Shown: one piece after another, positions 1 through 7,792 of the stretch
Layout: each line of letters opens with the position of its first letter
Numbering within the stretch: the first letter of the stretch is position 1
Virus record (IMG/VR): IMGVR_UViG_3300035698_022389
Span: 32,001-96,000 of that record
From: a virus
DNA length: 64,000 nt
Strand: one strand, 5' to 3'
The notes under the pieces: generated by a model
What the model was told of the DNA's origin: nothing
Database searches by the model: none
Seen by the model: the letters and a program-made list of their open reading frames with translations, nothing else
Translations under genes and position numbers: made by a program

Positions 1-66
1 CTACCCTATTATAGGAACCCCGTTTTTTGTGGACGGTGGGAAAATAAACAGACAAGGAGACATACA

Positions 67-312
67 ATGGAAACAAGGAAAGAGTTTAGAACTTCAGACC
101 TTTACTTTGCAGCATACTTAAAAGTGGCTGGTGTGGAATTCAGGGGAACAACCAAAGAAGGAACCCGAGTTTTTTTCTTATTTGAGCCAGGAGATGGGAT
201 ATCTGACTTGAAGACACAGTATTTCAACAGGTTTGCAAAAGTTCCTGCTCTGACATTCGTTGATGAAATTCGTTCAATGAAGGGTCTGACCTACATGGAA
301 AATGGAAACTAA
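67..312 (+). CDS. Small hypothetical protein, DUF5659-like
   Basis: 81-aa ORF with SD AAGGAG upstream; the TSDLYFAAYL...RVFFLF...F pattern resembles DUF5659 phage proteins (recalled, not searched). Confidence 0.5.
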   Translation: METRKEFRTSDLYFAAYLKVAGVEFRGTTKEGTRVFFLFEPGDGISDLKTQYFNRFAKVPALTFVDEIRSMKGLTYMENGN

Positions 313-671
313 TGGCAACTGTCCTTGTTAACACCCCATTCACATTTCAGGTTTTATTCCTGGATGTGGATAATATCCCCATTGTGGCATTGAACCCAAC
401 GATTACTATATTCAGTTTCAGTGATCTTGGGGTAAAACAGGAGTTGGTCGCTGCCACTGTAATGACCCCAGCTACCCCTGTGGAAGTTGGACGTTATACT
501 CACACATATACCGTGCCCAGTGCATTCGGAGATGGAGATATGATTTATGGTGAAATGACTGGAGAACATCCTGTCAGTGGAGACTTTCTATGGTATAGTG
601 AGGAAGTCTCGGTGGTAACTTTGCCACCAGGGTCACAAGGATTGTCATGGAATACTGTTAAAGGTGGTTGA
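312..671 (+). CDS. Hypothetical beta-rich (Ig-like) virion-associated protein
   Basis: 119 aa, start overlaps the upstream stop; alternating beta-strand pattern (EVGRYTHTYTVP) similar to the N-terminal part of ORF 1335-1835. Confidence 0.5.
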   Translation: MATVLVNTPFTFQVLFLDVDNIPIVALNPTITIFSFSDLGVKQELVAATVMTPATPVEVGRYTHTYTVPSAFGDGDMIYGEMTGEHPVSGDFLWYSEEVSVVTLPPGSQGLSWNTVKGG

Positions 672-955
672 AAATGTGGGTTATTTATTTATTGGCTACT
701 TATGGCATCGTGTTTATGCTCCAGAATAAATGGGAGATTAGATTCTTTTGTCACTCTGACTTCTTTGAGAATCTATTGGATTGTGCCTTTTGTTTAGGGT
801 TTTGGCTTGGGGGTTTGGTCTGGATTACCGTTCCGATATTTTCAAATCTTATCATAGACACGGATACAATCCTTGGTTTCTTTTTCTTCGGCCTCCTGTG
901 GTCTTTTGCTTCAGCAACATTCTGCTACGTTGTAGATAAGTTCATGGAGGATTGA
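668..955 (+). CDS. Small membrane protein, DUF1360-like
   Basis: 95 aa, three hydrophobic segments and LLDCAFCLGFW (CxxC-x-x-x-W); start overlaps the upstream stop. Confidence 0.5.
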   Translation: MKMWVIYLLATYGIVFMLQNKWEIRFFCHSDFFENLLDCAFCLGFWLGGLVWITVPIFSNLIIDTDTILGFFFFGLLWSFASATFCYVVDKFMED

Positions 956-1333
956 ATGACTGATATGCGGATAGATTGTAAAGTGGATGTACCTGTAGAG
1001 CTGCAGGGTGGTAATTATGCGGACGCCTTCCGAATTATCTCCTTAAAAGGTGATGTTGAGTGTGTCTTGGATTTCCTGTCGCTGTCACAATGCCGTACTC
1101 AAGCCTCTGTAGTAGCTAGAATTCGTGTGGAAAAGAAGTTCCTAACTTCTATCAGGGATCGGCTGGAAGCAACACTGGAAGAAATACAAGAAATACAAGA
1201 TATCAGTTATGGCAACCTGACATCTGAACAGGTTGATTCTATTTGGGATCAATCCGAGGTTTTTGATTCCGAAATTGAAGGTGAAGGGGCTATACCATTA
1301 ATATGGTTCATATTCCCAGAAAAGGTGGGTTAA
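956..1333 (+). CDS. Hypothetical protein (weak DUF3467-like N-terminus)
   Basis: 125-aa ORF abutting its neighbours; NYADAF...VLDF pattern; acidic C-terminus. Confidence 0.45.
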   Translation: MTDMRIDCKVDVPVELQGGNYADAFRIISLKGDVECVLDFLSLSQCRTQASVVARIRVEKKFLTSIRDRLEATLEEIQEIQDISYGNLTSEQVDSIWDQSEVFDSEIEGEGAIPLIWFIFPEKVG

Positions 1334-1334
1334 A

Positions 1335-1835
1335 ATGGCAGTAGCCTTTATTCCGGGAGAAACAATATCAAGAGGAGACTTAGACATCTTCTTGCAGAAT
1401 AGTTTAGGGAATCCAGCAAATGCTGCAGAGATTTACTACACTCTTTACTATGTAGCTCCAGGTCCTCCTGAATCCGAAGTACAGGTTGGCCAACCTCAAC
1501 GAATTCCCGTAAATCCTGCCGTCGGGGAGTATTACGCTTCTCTTATGGTTCCCCAAGGTTCAACCCCAGGAACATATAGAATTCGATGGACATTCAGAGA
1601 ACTTATCAATTCACCCCAACAGCAAGTCGTTCAGGAATTTGCTATCGTGACAGCAGCTGGCTCCTTATTGGTTCCTGGATATGATCAGGCTCAGACAGCA
1701 ATGATGAGAAGCCTTCGGATGCTTTTAAGAGATCAGTGTGTTGGTGGTGAAGTTACAGTAGAAGTGGATGCCGATGGTGAATTGATGGTTGTGTCCATGA
1801 AAGATTTATGGGAGGCTTTGAAAGATGAAGTCTAA
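1335..1835 (+). CDS. Putative neck/head-tail adaptor, fragment 1 (134-aa N-extein plus 32-aa split intein IntN-1)
   Basis: Ends ...LLRDQ|CVGGEVTVEVDADGELMVVSMKDLWEALKDEV*, an intein block A-like segment starting with Cys135 (TGT 1737-1739). Confidence 0.8.
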   Translation: MAVAFIPGETISRGDLDIFLQNSLGNPANAAEIYYTLYYVAPGPPESEVQVGQPQRIPVNPAVGEYYASLMVPQGSTPGTYRIRWTFRELINSPQQQVVQEFAIVTAAGSLLVPGYDQAQTAMMRSLRMLLRDQCVGGEVTVEVDADGELMVVSMKDLWEALKDEV

Positions 1836-1914
1836 CCAGCCACATCAAAAATTATTACCTTTATTAAAGAAATATGAAGTTTTTCCATATGGACAGAAAA
1901 AGATAGGTTGAAAA

Positions 1915-2679
1915 ATGTTAAGTGTGCATGATAAACTGAGAAATGCTTTTCGTGTAGGGAAGTTAAAAACGAGATCAGTATCACCTGAAGGAAAAATGGA
2001 ATGGAAATGTGTAACAGATGTCCATAGGGCTGAGGTTCCTTGGGAAGAAATTCGGAGGGTAGATACTAAATATGGTCATGCTTATTTAACTAAAGGGCAT
2101 AGAGTTTTTGTATCTCCTGTAATAAAAAAGAATGCTGGGGATTTAGTAGAGAATGATAGTGTTCTTGGCATAGATGCTTCAGATACTGTTTTTTATCCTA
2201 GTTTAACATCTATAGCTGTTAAACCCTCTCGTAAATATATGTATGATTTAACTGTTGCTGACTGGCATAATTTTGTTTTGTTTGATTCACGGATGGTTAT
2301 CAGTAATTGCCCTGACAAATTTTATCATTTCAGGCCACCTGAGTACGAAGGGGATATCGGACAGTATAATCGAATATTTGGTCAGATATGGGAAGACGAG
2401 GAACTTTTGGAGTACCTGCTGAGGTCTTTGGATTGGTTCAACATGTTCCCCCCACTAACTCAGAAGATCAATACTTTGACCATTCTGCTTCAAGCCATGC
2501 CCGCATGGAGGACAGCCATCCTGTGGGGTGCTATTACTCATGCTTGTTTTGCTTTATCGATAAATTGGGTCGCGGACGAATTTTCTGTTCGTGGTGATCA
2601 GGAGGTAACTGTAGTAACTAAATCAGGTAAAGAGATTTCTTTATCGATTCAAGAATTGTATGAGATATGCAAGAACTAA
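1915..2679 (+). CDS. Putative neck/head-tail adaptor, fragment 2 (131-aa IntC-1, 92-aa middle extein, 31-aa IntN-2)
   Basis: Block B LTKGHRVF, block F YMYDLTVADWHNF, block G VISN|C (Asn131 at 2305-2307, Cys+1 at 2308-2310); ends ...WVADEF|SVRGDQEVTV...SIQELYEICKN* (Ser at 2584-2586). Confidence 0.85.
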   Translation: MLSVHDKLRNAFRVGKLKTRSVSPEGKMEWKCVTDVHRAEVPWEEIRRVDTKYGHAYLTKGHRVFVSPVIKKNAGDLVENDSVLGIDASDTVFYPSLTSIAVKPSRKYMYDLTVADWHNFVLFDSRMVISNCPDKFYHFRPPEYEGDIGQYNRIFGQIWEDEELLEYLLRSLDWFNMFPPLTQKINTLTILLQAMPAWRTAILWGAITHACFALSINWVADEFSVRGDQEVTVVTKSGKEISLSIQELYEICKN

Positions 2680-2767
2680 TTAGTAAACGACAATTTATGG
2701 TAGGCAAAAGGGACTTGAAAAAGACTCCAGATATTTGTGTAGCTAGGGTGCAGGAGGTATTATTACA

Positions 2768-3451
2768 ATGTTGAGAATAAAAGAACAATGTGAAATCAGA
2801 GAATCTTTTAAGGAGGGTACTTTACAGGTAAAAAGTGTTGACCCTGTTACAAAAGGTGTGGTATTACAGCCTATTATTGAGGTGTTAAAACATAAAACCC
2901 CTGATAAAGTTATGTTAGAAGTGGTTACCGATTGTGGGACGGTGGTTACAACACAAGATCATTCTTTGTTTAAATCTGATATGGTATCTGTTGAAGTTTC
3001 CAATTTAAAAGAAGATGATGAAATAGCCTGGGTGGATGGTATTTATAAACCCATGAAAGTCAGAAAGATCAATGTAGTCCCTAATGAAGTTTTTACTTAT
3101 GATTTAAGTGTCCCTCCTTTTCAGAATTTTACACTCTCTAATGGAGCTGTAGCACATAATTCATATAGCATAGGCGGGGTATCCTTGGATATTGAGAAAT
3201 CCTCAAAATACGAATCCTTGAAACAAAATGCTGAAGGTCAATTAGAGAAAGCAGCTGAAGCAAAACAACGAACTGTTAAATTTATCCGAGGGTTACAGCA
3301 GCCCAGATTCGGCCTCGGAGTAAGGAGCAGTTTTGGCCCACATGTAGGTAACGGCATACTTAGCCCTCGGAGTTTTATGGCTTGGGCTGTTGCTGTTTTA
3401 ACACCTGCATTAGTTTTTGTTAGTTCTGCCAACAGTCTAGGTTTGGTCTAG
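2768..3451 (+). CDS. Putative neck/head-tail adaptor, fragment 3 (131-aa IntC-2 plus 96-aa C-extein)
   Basis: Strong SD AGGAGGT; block B TTQDHSLF, block F TYDLSVPPFQNF, block G GAVAHN|S (Asn131 at 3158-3160); extein begins SYSIGGVSLDIEK, resembling the S-x-S-x-G-x-x-S motif of head-tail adaptors. Confidence 0.85.
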   Translation: MLRIKEQCEIRESFKEGTLQVKSVDPVTKGVVLQPIIEVLKHKTPDKVMLEVVTDCGTVVTTQDHSLFKSDMVSVEVSNLKEDDEIAWVDGIYKPMKVRKINVVPNEVFTYDLSVPPFQNFTLSNGAVAHNSYSIGGVSLDIEKSSKYESLKQNAEGQLEKAAEAKQRTVKFIRGLQQPRFGLGVRSSFGPHVGNGILSPRSFMAWAVAVLTPALVFVSSANSLGLV

Positions 3452-3535
3452 GTTTTCGGTAAAAAGTTAATTATTTTTTATTAGTGTAGTTTGAGGTTGC
3501 TTGGAGAGATTATAATCTAGTGGTGGAGGTTTAAT

Positions 3536-3961
3536 ATGAGTGTTTCTGTAGAAAGGTTAATTCATCGGTATATGCAAGCATTTGTGTCTAAACAATCCCC
3601 GAAGGCCGTTGTTTATATTAGTAAAGACTCTGTATATTTTCAGGGTGCCCTTCCTTGTGGGGTTATGGGGTCTATTAAAGATATGATGAAAACTCATAAG
3701 AAGGGGTTGGATTTGTGTAAACAGACGGTTTTAGCATTACGCAAGGCATTTCCAACATGTAAAGCATGGAAATTACCCACAAAAGATTTTGATTATCTTG
3801 CAGGGGAGACTTCAAGTAGACTTTTCCCTTTGTTTTTTTCAACAGGACAACCAGCTTCTTTAGGGGTGTTTCAATTTGAACTTATGGATGTAGATGAAGT
3901 TGAGGCCATCACTCTTAAAGTGATGAAACATTTGGGTTGGGAAATTAAAATAATGGAATAA
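3536..3961 (+). CDS. Hypothetical protein, first gene of the AT-rich accessory cluster
   Basis: 141 aa, SD GGAGGT; N-terminus VERLIHRYMQA; lacks the RKHLVP motif. Confidence 0.6.
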   Translation: MSVSVERLIHRYMQAFVSKQSPKAVVYISKDSVYFQGALPCGVMGSIKDMMKTHKKGLDLCKQTVLALRKAFPTCKAWKLPTKDFDYLAGETSSRLFPLFFSTGQPASLGVFQFELMDVDEVEAITLKVMKHLGWEIKIME

Positions 3962-3968
3962 GGTAGTT

Positions 3969-4451
3969 ATGAAAAAACAAACATCTTTTCAAAAATTCAG
4001 TCCTGAAGGATTAAAGCAGGCATTAATTAAATTAGCTTCTGATAATCCTGAACTAAGGAAGCATTTAGTACCCCTTCTGAAAGAAGCTGGGTATAAACGT
4101 AGACCTGAGTTTACAATGGAGATTTCAAGGGGGGGCGCTGAATTTGGGTTTTATTACCCCTACGTGAAAACCAACATGGAAGAACAAAAAGAGAAATGCT
4201 GGGAAGAATTTAAGGCTATTGTAAAAATCATTTTTAAGAAATATAAGGGTAGGAAACTATATTTTAATTCTAATTTATCTGATATAATAGTTTTACCAAA
4301 AGAGTTTATGTTACATAAAAACAAAAAACCTAGTATTAGTGTCCCTGATGTGTTTAAGCATAAGAGTTTAAACATTGAAAAAGAAGTAAAACAGATTGTT
4401 AATCGCTTTGGTTGGGTTTTAGATATTGGTTGGGTCGCATATTATCATTAA
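3969..4451 (+). CDS. RKHLVP-motif protein (N-terminal motif plus unknown domain)
   Basis: GLKQALIKLASDNPELRKHLVPLLKEA at residues ~14-40. Confidence 0.7.
   Translation: MKKQTSFQKFSPEGLKQALIKLASDNPELRKHLVPLLKEAGYKRRPEFTMEISRGGAEFGFYYPYVKTNMEEQKEKCWEEFKAIVKIIFKKYKGRKLYFNSNLSDIIVLPKEFMLHKNKKPSISVPDVFKHKSLNIEKEVKQIVNRFGWVLDIGWVAYYH
4032..4089 (+). repeat. 58-bp perfect direct repeat, copy 1 (copy 2 at 5498-5555)
   Basis: ttagcttctgataatcctgaactaaggaagcatttagtaccccttctgaaagaagctg is identical at both positions and encodes the RKHLVP motif. Confidence 0.95.
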
Positions 4452-4499
4452 TCCAAGTCTGCAAATAAAGTTGGCCAAGGAAAGTATATGGTGTTTTAA

Positions 4500-5177
4500 A
4501 TGAAAAACTTTATCAGACATGCAACTTTGAGGGCATCCTCTAAAAAAGTTATTGATGCTTTTATCTTAAAGAAACCCCTTGAAAACCAATCTATGACTTC
4601 AACGGGGAAAGAACTCTCAAGTATTTCGATGGGTGGCCAACTACTTGCCAAATGGGTAGGCCGAAAAATAGCATTTGTAGGATTAGAGTCTTCTCGGACT
4701 GTATCCTCTATAGTTAGGTATCTTACGAAAAAGGCTGGTCACTCAATGGTGACTTTCGATTATGACCGAAAGGGTTTTAATCGGTCTATTCATTTTCAAA
4801 CGGGTGGGGATGTAAACGGTCCTCAGTATGATGGTTATGTTTATGCCAGGTTGCCTTGGCGGGATAACCAGTTTGTGGGCCAGTTAACTTGGACTGAGTA
4901 TCAGGATGAGTACAGTGTCCGAATGATTGAGGTTTTACCTGAATACCGAAGGACTGGTATTGGTAAAGCTCTGATGGAGTATTTTATGAAAGATCAAAAG
5001 ATTACTAAATCTGATATTAATACAGGGATGAGAACTCCTGATGGTTCTAAATTTTGGGATAAGTTATCCAAAGGGATGGAACACCCTGAGAATTTAAGAG
5101 CTAAAGTAATTAAGCTGGCTCACGAGAACCCTAAGTTACGAAAGCATTTAGTTCCTATTTTGAAAGAGGCTGAATAA
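4500..5177 (+). CDS. GNAT-family acetyltransferase domain protein with C-terminal RKHLVP motif
   Basis: GNAT motif A IEVLPEYRRTGIGKALME and downstream RTPDGSKFW; ends LRAKVIKLAHENPKLRKHLVPILKEAE. Confidence 0.7.
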   Translation: MKNFIRHATLRASSKKVIDAFILKKPLENQSMTSTGKELSSISMGGQLLAKWVGRKIAFVGLESSRTVSSIVRYLTKKAGHSMVTFDYDRKGFNRSIHFQTGGDVNGPQYDGYVYARLPWRDNQFVGQLTWTEYQDEYSVRMIEVLPEYRRTGIGKALMEYFMKDQKITKSDINTGMRTPDGSKFWDKLSKGMEHPENLRAKVIKLAHENPKLRKHLVPILKEAE

Positions 5178-5437
5178 TGGGAACTGGTAATAATAACAAC
5201 GATATAACATTTTTTGATTCTGGCCCAAACAAAACGAAATACATGCTAGCTACAGTAAATTCTACTATAAATAGCGATAAAGATACAAACAAGTATCCAC
5301 CGACTGAAAGACTAATAACGACTGAAACTATTGAAGTATATATTGGGGTTGGTGATCGTGCAGAATTTGTTACACATATTTTTGATGCAAAGAAGGCTGA
5401 AAACCAAAGGTTAAATAGAAAACTGAGTTCTTATTAG
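5177..5437 (+). CDS. Hypothetical protein
   Basis: 86-aa ORF coupled (TAATG) to the upstream gene; no recognisable motif. Confidence 0.45.
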   Translation: MGTGNNNNDITFFDSGPNKTKYMLATVNSTINSDKDTNKYPPTERLITTETIEVYIGVGDRAEFVTHIFDAKKAENQRLNRKLSSY

Positions 5438-6763
5438 GTGGAAAAGGGAAGGAAACCTTTCAAAATGTCTAAAGATTTATCAAAGTTAGTAAAGAAGTTA
5501 GCTTCTGATAATCCTGAACTAAGGAAGCATTTAGTACCCCTTCTGAAAGAAGCTGTTGTACCTATTAAACAAATGGCAAAAAAGGCTTCAATTAAAACAG
5601 TGGAGCAGTTTGGATTATTTAAAGTTTATGGGCCTTATACAGATATAGCTCCTTTGATTAAGTCTTTGAAGCAGTGGGGTTTTAGATATGAGCCTGTTCA
5701 TAAAGTTTGGGAGATGCCTTTAGAAAAGGTAACCCCAGCTTTACGTAAAAGATTGGATAAATTAATTGCAAAACAAACTCCTTGGGAGGATATTTTGCAA
5801 CAGGCTGTAACAAACGGTTGGGTTTTAAGTTTTGTTTATAACGAGGAATTGATTCAAGATGCTCGCAAATTAAAAGGGACTTGGGATAAAAAACATAAAT
5901 ATTGGGTATTCCCGACAGCAAGGGCTTATAAGGAGATGTCTGATATTGTTAAAGATAAAGAAGACATTTTGAATGAGATACTAAAAAAGAAAGAGGGTTA
6001 TCTGCAACAAAAAAAGGAGGCCCTGCGTAAGGGTTGGTTTGTACAGTTTGATTATGATACAGATTTGATAAAAGAAGCCAAATCTTTAAATGGCTTATGG
6101 GACACTAATCAGAAGGTATGGGTATTTCTTGATATTTCTGATTATAAGAAAATGAAACGTGCCATACATGAGGATGATGATAAAGATGTCCCCTCAAATG
6201 CTATTGTACGCAGTCAATCTAGTAAGAACAAGACTCCTCGTTTTCAAAAAGGAGATTCCTTTAGAGACCCTGAAAATCATAAGGTTTTAACAGTTTTCAA
6301 CATAATGTCCAAATACTATGCTGAGGATGGAAGGTCCTTTGGTTTGGGTATGGATAGAGGTTGGGCACATTCGTTTTATTGTAAACTGGCCGGAAAAAAA
6401 GGGGTGGCTGAAGTAGAATTACAAGAATTTAAAGAATTGTCTCGGCAGCAAATGGTTAAGGCATACCAGAATATGGTTAAGATGTTTAAGAAAAAAGGGA
6501 AATTCCCCAAACCTGGCTCAAAATTGATAACTTTACGTGGGAAAAAACATATGGAATCCGATACCTCCTCTATTCTTTATGGTGGCGGGCATTGGTTTGT
6601 GGTTGAGAGTGGTAAAATATGGTATGTAGAGAACAACGGGGCAGATGGTGATAATTGGGCTCATAACAATATTGCCACATCTGGTGCGGGGGCATTAGGG
6701 TGGTATCTCCCTTATTCTGAGGGGTTAGCTGAGGAGCTTAAAATTATGGATAAGAAACTTTGA
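5438..6763 (+). CDS. RKHLVP-motif protein with three HARP-like repeats
   Basis: Likely start ATG 5465; motif KKLASDNPELRKHLVPLLKEA; repeats FVYNEELIQDARKLKGTWDKKHKYWVF, FDYDTDLIKEAKSLNGLWDTNQKVWVF and a degenerate third copy. Confidence 0.65.
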   Translation: MEKGRKPFKMSKDLSKLVKKLASDNPELRKHLVPLLKEAVVPIKQMAKKASIKTVEQFGLFKVYGPYTDIAPLIKSLKQWGFRYEPVHKVWEMPLEKVTPALRKRLDKLIAKQTPWEDILQQAVTNGWVLSFVYNEELIQDARKLKGTWDKKHKYWVFPTARAYKEMSDIVKDKEDILNEILKKKEGYLQQKKEALRKGWFVQFDYDTDLIKEAKSLNGLWDTNQKVWVFLDISDYKKMKRAIHEDDDKDVPSNAIVRSQSSKNKTPRFQKGDSFRDPENHKVLTVFNIMSKYYAEDGRSFGLGMDRGWAHSFYCKLAGKKGVAEVELQEFKELSRQQMVKAYQNMVKMFKKKGKFPKPGSKLITLRGKKHMESDTSSILYGGGHWFVVESGKIWYVENNGADGDNWAHNNIATSGAGALGWYLPYSEGLAEELKIMDKKL

Positions 6764-7140
6764 TGTGGTGGGTTTATGTAATTCAATCTCAAGAAGTCCG
6801 GACAGGTAAAAAAGGAAATATTTTACCAGGGTTTCATTATGTAGGGTGTACTACTGATCCGGCTCGAAGGTTGCGTGAGCACAACGGTTTGTTGTCTGGG
6901 GGCGGGAAATATACCAGCAAGCACCGTCCTTGGGTGGCCCGAAGTCTTTATGGTCCTTATTTTGGCAGGTCTGAAGCAATGAAGGCTGAGTATGCTTTAA
7001 AGCATGGGAAACGCAGTACAGCTCGAACACGGTGGTCTGTAGAAGATTCCCCTTGGTGTCGAGGATTAGGTCCGAACGATCCGTGGGTGGTCAACGGTAT
7101 TTTTCCTATAGAACTCTGTAAGAAGGAGGAGTTTTTATAA
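6760..7140 (+). CDS. GIY-YIG endonuclease, SLX1-like
   Basis: WWVYVIQS...HYVGCTTDPARRLREHNG...GGKYTSKHRPW...EAMKAEYALKH matches the SLX1/GIY-YIG pattern. Confidence 0.85.
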   Translation: MMWWVYVIQSQEVRTGKKGNILPGFHYVGCTTDPARRLREHNGLLSGGGKYTSKHRPWVARSLYGPYFGRSEAMKAEYALKHGKRSTARTRWSVEDSPWCRGLGPNDPWVVNGIFPIELCKKEEFL

Positions 7141-7210
7141 GGTGTTGGCTGAAATAAAAAGAAAGCAAGGAGAAGTTAAAATGAGTAATTTACGTTCAGA
7201 ATTAGTGAAG
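7139..7210 (+). repeat. 72-bp near-perfect direct repeat, copy 1 (copy 2 at 8144-8215)
   Basis: 67/72 identical by manual alignment; ATG 7181 corresponds to ACG 8186. Confidence 0.9.
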
Positions 7211-7705
7211 CTAGCCAGTGACAACCCTGGGTTTCGAAAACACCTGGTTCCTATTCTGAAAGGGGAGCCTAGAAGTATGAAAAGGGCAAATGTTATGAAA
7301 AAAGAAGCTGGTGGTATGGCTAGCGCCTTAGATTTAGTGTTTTTGATCATAAGTCAGGAATCCTCTTCCAAAGGTCAGAAGATGTTTATGGATACTAAGA
7401 AAGCTCTTGAGTCTGATGAGCAGTCCAAGAAATTGATGTCCGAGGTGTTAAGGGGGGTGGCAAGATCCTTAATACTTGACCAAAAGGAAAACACGGCTTT
7501 AAACTACATCCGTATGGCAATGAAGAATGTTAGATCCGCCGGATCTGCCAGGAATTCTATTTTCAAGGCTGCTCATGCTCTTGGTATCAAACTTCCAAGT
7601 TCTATATTTGCATCTAATGACTCTGAATTACAGGAACAATTACAGAAGCTGGCCAATGAGAACCCAGAAGGTATCAGGAAGCATTTGGTTCCTCTTTTAA
7701 GATAA
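7181..7705 (+). CDS. RKHLVP-motif protein with two motif copies (N- and C-terminal)
   Basis: SD AAGGAG then ATG 7181 (track start 7142); MSNLRSELVKLASDNPGFRKHLVPILK and LQEQLQKLANENPEGIRKHLVPLLR*. Confidence 0.7.
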   Translation: MSNLRSELVKLASDNPGFRKHLVPILKGEPRSMKRANVMKKEAGGMASALDLVFLIISQESSSKGQKMFMDTKKALESDEQSKKLMSEVLRGVARSLILDQKENTALNYIRMAMKNVRSAGSARNSIFKAAHALGIKLPSSIFASNDSELQEQLQKLANENPEGIRKHLVPLLR

Positions 7706-7792
7706 CTTGGACTTTGATTTAGGTGGTTAGAAGATTACTTAAGTGAAATTGAGTTGGAAATTATAATACTTTCTATGTGAAAGGGTGGTGGA

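Noticed and set aside
668-955. Holin call for the small membrane proteins (668-955, 15962-16351)
   Set aside because: No endolysin or spanin nearby; hydrophobicity alone is not enough.
1833-1917. Stop readthrough, frameshift, gene-60-style bypass or a self-splicing intron reuniting the intein halves in cis
   Set aside because: The ORFs are in different frames. In-frame stops sit just upstream of ORF2 (TGA 1909-1911) and ORF3 (TAG 2744-2746), and no matched take-off/landing codons are evident. The 79- and 88-nt gaps are too short for group I/II introns, and ORF3 has its own SD.
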